The notes under the pieces are model-generated. The model saw nothing but the letters and a program-made list of their open reading frames with translations, did not search any database and had not been told where the DNA came from. Shown piece by piece: positions 1 through 7,429 of a stretch of 8,413 nucleotides of DNA (position 1 is the first letter of the stretch; each line of letters opens with the position of its first letter). Location: the NCBI GenBank assembly GCA_001179505.1, contig CDMY01000953.1:1-8413 (forward strand), in the 5' to 3' direction. The stretch is from Vitrella brassicaformis CCMP3155 (lineage: Eukaryota > Protista > Chromerida). Made by a program: the position numbers and the translations under genes.

Positions 1-180
1 AGGTGGAGGGGGTTGGGTGTAGTCCGATACACGCTCGCTCATCCGAAAAGGAGGAGAAACAGCCGAGAAATCACCAACTCAATCATGGGGGGTAAGTAGT
101 GTTGTTTCATCTCGCTGTCTCACTCGTCAAGGGAGATCTTTAGAATTACTCATTGCTCCTTTGATTTTTTTGAGGGGTTT

Positions 181-298
181 AGTTGTTTCTGTCCATGTAT
201 GGCATCATGAAGGGTGGTCAACACAGATCTCACTTCGGTGATGGTCTCTCTCCGTTACACAGCAATCTACCCTAGCTGCCAAGCTGGCAATCCTGACA
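181..298 (-). repeat. Internally deleted copy of the LTR-like repeat at 7232-7429, in inverted orientation
   Basis: The reverse complement starts TGTCAGGATTGCCAGCTTGGCA and ends CATGGACAGAAACAACT. All 118 bp align to 7232-7429 with one substitution (TAGATT/TATATT) and three deletions (24, 4 and 52 bp). 181-244 is the exact reverse complement of 7366-7429 (64 bp). There is no polypurine tract before its TG and no clear target-site duplication. Confidence 0.9.
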
Positions 299-787
299 GT
301 TGCTTCGTCAGAGAGCGGCATGGCGGCTGAGAGCCAACAAAATCGACGAATGGCTGTGTAACGCATCATACGGAGGCTAAGCGCGCAATCAACTCGGCAG
401 TCAGAAGGGAAGGAAGGCAGGCACATGCACCAGGAGGAGATGATCTATAGATGCTGGGTGGGGCAATGCTGCCGGCGGCGAGCAGCATCCCAGCAGGACA
501 CGCCTTCATCACCGAGGCGAGGTGGCGTGAAGAAGCGTCAGATCATCGATGACCTTCCCAATGCATCTACCCTTCTTCCTCTCCTACCTTCACCAAGCTG
601 GCTGGCCACGCAGCAAAAAGGCACACAGGTGGGTAGATGGGCAGATAGATGCTCGGGCACAAACACATACAAAGACGACTACTGAGAGGCTCTGTTGCTT
701 TGCAGATTCATGCCTCACTTCTCCTTCTCATGAAGGACCGATCACATCTACGACGGATCATCACTTCGTCCATGACGGTGGGTCGGA

Positions 788-1245
788 TTACACGCAACAC
801 AATATGAATGAATCGGGGGCATTCCTGCCTTCATCTGGCTGTTTGTCTGGTGGTTCTGACTGGTCAGACACCTCACTCGACGCGGCTGACGCGGCATCGT
901 CATCGGCAGAAGCAGACACGTCAGAGTATAAGCTGCTTCGGCGGTTGTTGGCACGGCGGCTGTGAATACGGCGGCTGGAGCGACGCACTCCCTGCCTCGA
1001 CCCGTCGGCAGACATGCCTCTGACGAAACGCTCGACCTCCTCGTACGTCGGTCGTCTGCCCAAGGCGGTCCTGGCTGTTTCTATGTAGGTCGAGACTGCT
1101 CTGTGACAGTCACCGGTAAGGCCGGTCGTGAGAGCATTCAACTTTTCCCGGTCAGTCAGGCCACTGAGCTGGCTCATCGTTCGGTTCAGGCGCTTCAGGT
1201 ACTCGGCCGGTGGTTCGCTCGGGCGCATCGGGCACTCACGAACCA
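788..1245 (-). pseudogene. gag: Gag-like protein, C-terminal part, in the -1 frame relative to the upstream ORF
   Basis: VRECPMRPSEPPAEYLKRLNRTMSQLSGLTDREKLNALTTGLTGDCHRAVSTYIETARTALGRRPTYEEVERFV continues the capsid pattern (Q...E....Y..RF / F..GL / P.T.EE) at about the expected spacing after ...QRFTPTEAEELAW. It is followed by an Arg-rich then acidic Ser-rich tail and a TAA stop at 790-788. The junction is only approximately placed (about 1240-1260). Confidence 0.72.
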
Positions 1246-2850
1246 AGCGAGTTCCTCTGCTTCTGTCGGTGTGAAGCGCTGGACAAACTTCTGCTTGACG
1301 GTAGACCAACTCTCCTGGTCGGAATCACTCAACCCAGACCACCATTGATGTGCTGTGCTGCCTGGCTTCAGGTGGCCACGGAAGACGGTCGGGCGGGAGG
1401 AATCGCTAACTCTCACGGAGTCCAGCCACGGCTCAAAGAGGCGCATCCAGCTTTTGGCCGTCTCGCCATCGTCACCACTTAACATGGATATCCTCATTCG
1501 ACGGAGAACCTGACGCTCGTCATCGCTAAAATAATCGAAGTCGTCGTCATCTCGATAACGTCGACGTCTGGGAGGGCGATTGCGTCGGCCATACCCGCCT
1601 CCCCGTCGGCTCGGCGGTTCGTCATGCGGCCCACCGGGCCCTCCTGGTGGCCCACTCGGTCGACCTCCTCCACCGTGTCTGGCGAAGGAGAACACGGGCG
1701 GACCTGCACCGAATGGCGCGGCGGCTGACTGGGGTACATTGGCCGAGGCAGGTGGTGGAGTCGATGATGGGGCTGACTGCACTCCGTCGGTATGGGCGGC
1801 TATCGGGACTGACTGGAAGCCAGGGGGGCACGGATACGTCGGTTGCGAGTGTGGCGGCACAGATGTACATCCGAAGGACGCCATCGGGAAGCTCAACGAC
1901 GACACGCAGCCAAATGTCGGTGCTTGGGTCTGATACGTCGGCTGCTGATTGCTTCCTGGCGGCGCAAACGACACGTGGCTCGGATGTGGTTGCTGTGGCG
2001 GTCCATGTGGCCCATTCGGCTGCCCACTAGACTGGTCGACATTCTGCACTGGGGACGGCGATGGCACCACATGAGTGCATGACTGGGCGGTGACATTGGG
2101 GCATGGATACACTGGCTGCTGGGCGGCTTCCATCGGTACGTACGCATCTGAGTGAGAGAGTGAGTGACCTGCCTGCATGTATGGTGTGGTTGGCTGATTG
2201 TGTGCAGGCATGACGGTCGTCTGCGACTGATGCTCGGTGCCATGATGCGTCTGCTGCTGGTCTACGGGCGGCTGCTGATGTGTCCCACTGACGGCACCCT
2301 GGCGGCTTGACGGCTCTTCTGCGCCCTGCGCGCCCCCCACCCGCTCAAACTGACGGCTCATGCTCGCGAAAGACGCGGACAGCGGAGGCGGTGCACTACG
2401 GTGGAGGCGGCGGACGGCACGCTTGTAGTCCTGGAGCGTGAAGTGCGCAAAACCATACAGACCATCCGACGGCACTCCCTCAAGCCCATGGCGGCGAGTG
2501 AAAGAAGGGTCCCTGAGCGGCTGCTGCTCGGCTTCATCCCCTCCCATGACGGCATACGCTGAATAGCGAGATTGGTGCGACGCGGGGCTCGCTGCATCGG
2601 CACAGTCAGCCGGGAGCGACCGAGTCGAGTGCGGTGGAGAGCCATTCGTGCCTAGCTGGAGGGAAAAGGGGGACGGCACAAATGAGCGTGGCTGGGTATC
2701 ATGCAGCGGGGCGGTCTCGGGGATGGGAATGAGGGCAGGGACGGGCGCATTCGTGTACATGACGGTTGGCGGTGGGTGGGGGAGAAGGGGGGGCATGTCG
2801 GTGTTGAAACCGTTTGTCTGTCTATACATGGCGGTGTCGGGACCATTCAT
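1195..2850 (-). CDS. gag: Retrotransposon Gag-like protein, N-terminal part: long Pro/Gln/Ser-rich region, Arg-rich patch and first half of a Ty3/gypsy-type capsid domain
   Basis: The ORF track starts at a TTG (2871); the first ATG is at 2850, giving 551 aa. The C-terminal sequence LSGDDGETAKSWMRLFEPWL...FRGHLKPGSTAHQWWSGLSDSDQESWSTVKQKFVQRFTP fits the Retrotrans_gag pattern (F.G......W...F / L.G.A..WW / W..LK..F...F.P). It is preceded by RRGGGYGRRNRPPRRRRYRDDDD. Confidence 0.8.
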   Translation of the reverse strand: MNGPDTAMYRQTNGFNTDMPPLLPHPPPTVMYTNAPVPALIPIPETAPLHDTQPRSFVPSPFSLQLGTNGSPPHSTRSLPADCADAASPASHQSRYSAYAVMGGDEAEQQPLRDPSFTRRHGLEGVPSDGLYGFAHFTLQDYKRAVRRLHRSAPPPLSASFASMSRQFERVGGAQGAEEPSSRQGAVSGTHQQPPVDQQQTHHGTEHQSQTTVMPAHNQPTTPYMQAGHSLSHSDAYVPMEAAQQPVYPCPNVTAQSCTHVVPSPSPVQNVDQSSGQPNGPHGPPQQPHPSHVSFAPPGSNQQPTYQTQAPTFGCVSSLSFPMASFGCTSVPPHSQPTYPCPPGFQSVPIAAHTDGVQSAPSSTPPPASANVPQSAAAPFGAGPPVFSFARHGGGGRPSGPPGGPGGPHDEPPSRRGGGYGRRNRPPRRRRYRDDDDFDYFSDDERQVLRRMRISMLSGDDGETAKSWMRLFEPWLDSVRVSDSSRPTVFRGHLKPGSTAHQWWSGLSDSDQESWSTVKQKFVQRFTPTEAEELAWFVSARCARANHRPST

Positions 2851-3385
2851 GTCTGTGCTGATTAGACCCAATGTCGGTGGTCTACATCAACGACTGACAA
2901 CGCATCCATTCACACACAAAACCCACTGTGTCTTCCCTCAACCCGTCAGTCAACACGGAACAAACACTATCGGGCTGTCCGCAATCGGTCAGTCTATCGG
3001 TCTGTGTGTGCGTTGGTCGTGCGCCGGTCGGTCGTTCGGGTCAAAGTACACTCGCTATCGGTGGTTCGGCAGCGTCACGTTACGAATTCGGCACAGGCGA
3101 GTATGTGCTGACGCTTGATAAAGCTGTTTCATACTCCAGTGTGGCCACTCAGGCCCTCTGGAGGCCTGTGTAGTATCCGTTGTTCAAACTCAAAGCAGTC
3201 ACACGCTACCACTAGACACCACTAAATGTGCACCTTTGGGGTTTCCTGCATCGTTAGCTAGCAGCGAGAACAGCAAGAGCGGCTCGAGAATTTTATCATC
3301 ACTCACAACATAGATGGGCACTTCTGCGTTCTTGCACGCAAAAGTCGAGACGGGATTCTCGATAATCTGATGCATATGGAACATG

Positions 3386-4423
3386 TCAAATCATCGCAGG
3401 AAACAAGTGCCATGGGAAAGCGTCGAAGAGCGCCCGATAGTCAAAATCGACAACTGGAGGCATCGGTCCCAATGTTAAAGCTTCTTGATACGACGCGGCT
3501 AGCTGCAACGCTCGTTTGGTGCTCGAGTAATAATCCTTGTATTTATGCAGACGTTCTTCAGAGCTTCTCTCCAGCATGAGTCGCGTTGGAATCCCGTATG
3601 CTTCAGCAATGATGACACCATGTAGCGAAGAGCTTATAACAAACGCGCATTCAATTATCTCGCTTAACACGACTTTCCAGTCTTGGGTCGGCTTGATTAC
3701 GTGCCCTGCGTACTTGGATTGGTTGAGGCCCTGCCGAATTTCTCTGAGTTGCGGTACAAAACAAGTGTCGTGTTTGGGCGGCCAGTGAGGTTTGAACTCT
3801 GGAAAGAGGCAAGGCACGAGCATGCCTGCATCGCCATACACCGGTGGCAGACCCTCCACATCACCATATCCATTCTGTATCAAATACCTTCGGGTTTCAG
3901 GACCTCGGATAGCGTGTAAAGTCAGATTGTTTGGCAGCTTTCGACGGAGCTTTTGCTCGCCAAGCATTCCGATCGACCAGCCGTAGTCGCCTGCTCTGGC
4001 AAAATGCAGCACTGATCCGATTGGTAGAAGGCAGTGCTGCAGGCCGTTGCGCCGAGCTGCTAGATTGATCCATGGCAGTTGAAAGCGCCGACCAAGCATA
4101 CGTTCCACAAGGGGTAAACCAATGTCATCTCCGAAATTCAACTCCTTTCCAGACGAATACGTACAGATGGCAATTCTCCCAAGGGGGGTAGGCTTCCAAG
4201 AAGTGTTAGACAGTGACTCTCTGAGGCCTGGCACCTGAATGCCAGCCGCTGCACACCCTGGCAAAGCAGTCCTGGCGCCATCACTCACATCGCTCGGGGA
4301 CACTGTCAGCAGGCGCTGTGAATTATAGCCGATAAGTACAAGACTCACACTGGCAAGCGAAAGGGTCACCCAGTGTACCCTGGATGGACGACAACGGTTC
4401 TCGGGCTGTTGCGAATCGGACAT
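3386..4423 (-). CDS. Polysaccharide pyruvyl transferase-family protein (ExoV/GumL-like), probable type II membrane protein
   Basis: 345-aa uninterrupted ORF from ATG (4423) to TGA (3386). Family motifs appear in order: NFGDDIG, IGSVLH, IRGPETRRYL, YGDAG, CFVPQ, ISSSLHGVIIAEAYGIP, KYKDYY. A hydrophobic segment VHWVTLSLASVSLVLIGY follows a short basic N-terminus and precedes a stem-like linker. Confidence 0.88.
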   Translation of the reverse strand: MSDSQQPENRCRPSRVHWVTLSLASVSLVLIGYNSQRLLTVSPSDVSDGARTALPGCAAAGIQVPGLRESLSNTSWKPTPLGRIAICTYSSGKELNFGDDIGLPLVERMLGRRFQLPWINLAARRNGLQHCLLPIGSVLHFARAGDYGWSIGMLGEQKLRRKLPNNLTLHAIRGPETRRYLIQNGYGDVEGLPPVYGDAGMLVPCLFPEFKPHWPPKHDTCFVPQLREIRQGLNQSKYAGHVIKPTQDWKVVLSEIIECAFVISSSLHGVIIAEAYGIPTRLMLERSSEERLHKYKDYYSSTKRALQLAASYQEALTLGPMPPVVDFDYRALFDAFPWHLFPAMI

Positions 4424-5102
4424 TCCCGACGTAAACGTGAAACGTAATGCCCTGAACAGATATGTGTTCCAGGCGCACCTCCTGGTCCTACCTTTTGTAG
4501 TTGGCAGTGACGCTGGTTACCCGCACATGCCCGCCTCATCACCCCAGCTTCGCTAGCTAAGTGACGCAAAAGCCTTGGTTGTCAATCTTCTCACCCATAC
4601 CAGCCCGAAGCTGGCAGACGCGCGCAGAGCCCTGCAGGCCATGAGTGCAGGCAGCAAACACATGAATCCCCTCGCCACAGTTGGGCGGAGTCGTGTCCCC
4701 CCGCATGCAGCAGCAAGAAGGTCGCAAGCAGGACCGACAGGGGAAGACGGCGCAGGGCAATGACCTGCCAGTTTTCGGATTATCATCAAACATTCTTTGG
4801 TTTTTCTTACATACGCTCAACTTCTATTCATTCTCGGGTTCCTAAGCGAACATTAGATTTCATTTTCGATGGTGGACACTGTTACCGCCTTGTTCTGTCC
4901 TGCGGTGTCTGTGTCCGATGTACTATGAGTAATAGCACAAAGCTCGAGGCTGCTGGATGAAGTGTTGCTGGTAAGTGAGAGTGGGTGTTTGATTGGGTGT
5001 GTGAAGGTTTCTGTTACTGAAGGCTCAAGGTACCTCTGTTCATTCACACGGGGAACTGCTCTTATCAACGACTGAGTGTCTGTCCCGCAGACGGGCACAA
5101 CA

Positions 5103-5151
5103 AACGAATGAACGAACGATTGGACGACGAACGACGAACGAACGCACGAAC
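5103..5151. repeat. Degenerate (ACGA)n/(ACG)n microsatellite
   Basis: aacgaatgaacgaacgattggacgacgaacgacgaacgaacgcacgaac. Confidence 0.8.
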
Positions 5152-5284
5152 ACACTCCTCCTTACAACAACTGGTCTGGAATCTGCCTGTGCTGATGATG
5201 GGAATCAACACAGGGAGGTCGAAAAGATGAAAAACGAATAAAACAACTGCTGCACACTGAATGTCGGCAATTGGCGATGAGGTG

Positions 5285-5329
5285 AAAGGGTGATTAAATA
5301 AATAAAGGGTGATTAAATAAAGGGTGATT
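5285..5329. repeat. Short tandem repeat, AAAGGGTGATT core x3
   Basis: Units are AAAGGGTGATTAAATAAAT (5285-5303), AAAGGGTGATTAAAT (5304-5318) and AAAGGGTGATT (5319-5329). Confidence 0.9.
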
Positions 5330-5370
5330 CTCTCCTCTTCGCCCTGTCTAGGGTTCCTAGGGTTTGTCGG

Positions 5371-5414
5371 AGGGGTGCTTCCGAAGCACCCCTGGGTGCT
5401 TCCGAAGCACCCCT
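5371..5414. repeat. 21-bp tandem duplication of a palindromic unit
   Basis: GGGTGCTTCCGAAGCACCCCT x2 (5373-5393, 5394-5414). The first copy forms AGGGGTGCTT-CCG-AAGCACCCCT, a perfect 10-bp stem with a 3-nt loop. Confidence 0.92.
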
Positions 5415-5506
5415 GATCATTCCGTTTACAGGGCGTTTGGTGCCACCGTGAAACCAAAGAAGAGGCACAGCGAGGACAAGGGAAGATGTACGCTTCCCTC
5501 CCTTTC

Positions 5507-5558
5507 CTAGCGAAGCGTTTCTTTATGAGGATCTAGCGAAGCGTTTCTTTATGAGGAT
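5507..5558. repeat. Perfect 26-bp tandem duplication
   Basis: CTAGCGAAGCGTTTCTTTATGAGGAT at 5507-5532 and 5533-5558. Confidence 0.95.
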
Positions 5559-6060
5559 CGAATCAATCAGTCACGATCCTCATCAATGATTCAGATACCC
5601 CTTTCCGATCACCCTGCAGCAACACCACTGACTGCCTCCACTCACCACACTCACCATATTATGTCTCCGTTGGCCATGATCGGTATGAGTGGAGATCTAC
5701 GGCAGTCAGCATGCAGAGGAGAAGAGGATTGTTCGGGACTCGGGAACCTTGGGCGAGGCAGACTCTTCCGTTGCACGAGATTAATGGAAAGCGCATCGGC
5801 ACGAGGAGTCCATCAAGAATGCAAACTAAGAACTACGCTAGCTGTCCCTTCAATTCAACCACTGCAAGCATGCCGAATGTATCCCTCTGCCCGACCACCG
5901 GGTCCATCATAGACCATCAATCCTTGACATGTAGAGTGCACATAAGTGATGCCCCTGGGGAAGTGGCCGTCAGCGTCAAATTCAAACGACGACGCACAAA
6001 GGGCCCCGCCAACTCGCGTCAATCAGTCAAGATCTGACTCATCAGCTCAGATCTGTATAC

Positions 6061-6142
6061 CAGGTGTGCCAACACTCGCTGTCTGCATCAGGTGTGCCAA
6101 CACTCGCTGTCTGCATCAGGTGTGCCAACACTCGCTGTCTGC
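6061..6142. repeat. 28-bp minisatellite, about 2.9 identical copies, no spacers
   Basis: CAGGTGTGCCAACACTCGCTGTCTGCAT at 6061-6088 and 6089-6116, plus 26/28 bp at 6117-6142. Confidence 0.95.
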
Positions 6143-6476
6143 TCGGGCTGTTTCTGGTGCCGCACCGAGCAAAACCATTGGCTGTGAGACCTGAACCCCC
6201 GCAACAGCCTCTCTGCCCTCCTCACTCGGCTATCCCACCGTACCCCCACACTGACGCCCACCGCGGTCTCACTCACCTCCCCCTCACCCGTCATGGACTC
6301 CACCTCGCCCCCTGCACCCTCCCCCATGGCTGTCTCTCATGATGAACAACGCGCCGGTTCTCCCTCAGCTTCAGGCAATGTCATAACGTACGCACGACGT
6401 CTACTGTATGGCATAGATTCATGATCCTCGGGGAATCCACAGTCATCTTTGAAACCAGCCGGAGAGCGAATTATTT

Positions 6477-6879
6477 GCTTCACCTCTTCAAGGGCAAGCG
6501 GACGTAGAGAGAATCTAGTGGGTGAAGACGTCGTCGGGATTTCCCAAGTCTTTACGTATGGCGCACTGCCGGTGGCAAGTACTTTTGAAACACCCAAATG
6601 CAAGTGATGGTGATCGATGCGAAAAGCAGTGGGATCAGCAGGCCAACGCGCCCGATTGCCTTTATTTTGCTTCGCCCGATTGCCCGGGCGAGTGCTCTGG
6701 ACTACTTTTTCTCCGCTTGTTCGTCCGATCGGTCCTTTCCGGGGCTGCCAAAGTCGACTGATATTTTGCGTTGTTTTAAATATTTCGGCGGTTTTCCGGT
6801 TTTTAATATTTTTCGGCACATTTGGGACGTTTTTAAAAAATGCCCGATCAGGGGAAGAGGCTTGCACGGGGTGAATGCT
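6477..6879 (+). repeat. Unclassified ~400-bp repeat, copy 1 (runs into the gap)
   Basis: Aligns to 7551-7966 with 4 substitutions and four length differences: 1 bp; a 2-versus-15-bp block; 2 bp; 3 bp. The upstream flanks are unrelated. Confidence 0.93.
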
Positions 6880-7179
6880 NNNNNNNNNNNNNNNNNNNNN
6901 NNNNNNNNNNNNNNNNNNNNNNNNNNNNNNNNNNNNNNNNNNNNNNNNNNNNNNNNNNNNNNNNNNNNNNNNNNNNNNNNNNNNNNNNNNNNNNNNNNNN
7001 NNNNNNNNNNNNNNNNNNNNNNNNNNNNNNNNNNNNNNNNNNNNNNNNNNNNNNNNNNNNNNNNNNNNNNNNNNNNNNNNNNNNNNNNNNNNNNNNNNNN
7101 NNNNNNNNNNNNNNNNNNNNNNNNNNNNNNNNNNNNNNNNNNNNNNNNNNNNNNNNNNNNNNNNNNNNNNNNNNNNNNN
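6880..7179. other. Assembly gap (300 N)
   Basis: Run of N. The round length suggests an estimated or placeholder size. All ORFs in the track that cross it are artefacts. Confidence 0.99.
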
Positions 7180-7222
7180 CGTGATTTTCTTTTCTTGAGC
7201 ACATGCCGTGATGGTTCGTCTT

Positions 7223-7429
7223 GAGAGGGGGTGTCAGGATTGCCAGCTTGGCAAGACGAACCACTGCGAGCTTGTGAGCTAGGGTATATTGCTGTGTAAC
7301 GGGTGGAGAGAGAAGAAGACAAGGAAAGACAAGGAAAGCATTCTGAGGAGACACGATCTTATCAGCCATCACCGAAGTGAGATCTGTGTTGACCACCCTT
7401 CATGATGCCATACATGGACAGAAACAACT
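7223..7429 (+). mobile_element. Probable 3' end of an LTR retrotransposon: polypurine tract (7223-7231) followed by an LTR-like sequence starting TG at 7232
   Basis: GAGAGGGGG abuts TGTCAGGAT..., and homology to the second copy (181-298) begins exactly at this TG. The PPT-TG junction is the established 3'-LTR signature. The right end is uncertain: shared sequence stops at ...GAAACAACT, three bases past a CA. The internal region would lie in the gap. Confidence 0.6.

Noticed and set aside
299-787. pol (protease/RT) remnants downstream of gag
   Set aside because: I found no D(T/S)G, YxDD, RNase H or integrase motifs in the minus-strand frames. The purine run at about 570-592 is not followed by a matching LTR.
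748-830. CVACNPTHRH in a third minus-strand frame as a Gag zinc knuckle
   Set aside because: It is in the right place but out of frame, and the spacing does not fit CX2CX4HX4C because the last Cys is missing. It is at best a decayed remnant.
549-3118. Many plus-strand and alternate-frame ORFs over the gag (for example 549-965, 962-1348, 1580-1933, 1647-2030, 2648-3118)
   Set aside because: They are shadow ORFs of a GC-rich coding region with no recognisable motifs.
3199-3384. 61-aa ORF directly after the pyruvyl transferase stop as a second cistron
   Set aside because: It is short with no recognisable family, and is more simply 3' UTR.
5555-6037. Stop-free plus-strand frame of about 160 codons (includes the 5711-6037 ORF) and the overlapping 5586-5912 ORF
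   Set aside because: I recognise no domain or element motif. It cannot be supported without a homology search or expression data.
6061-6142. 28-bp repeats as a CRISPR array
   Set aside because: The copies abut directly with no spacers, there are no cas-like ORFs, and the context is eukaryotic.
6337-6867. 176-aa minus-strand ORF through repeat copy 1 as a transposase or other protein
   Set aside because: It has no catalytic motifs, and the corresponding frame is broken by indels in copy 2.
6598-7396. Long ORFs at 6598-7224, 6702-7322, 6840-7184, 6848-7396 and 6875-7198
   Set aside because: Their length comes from the 300-N gap.
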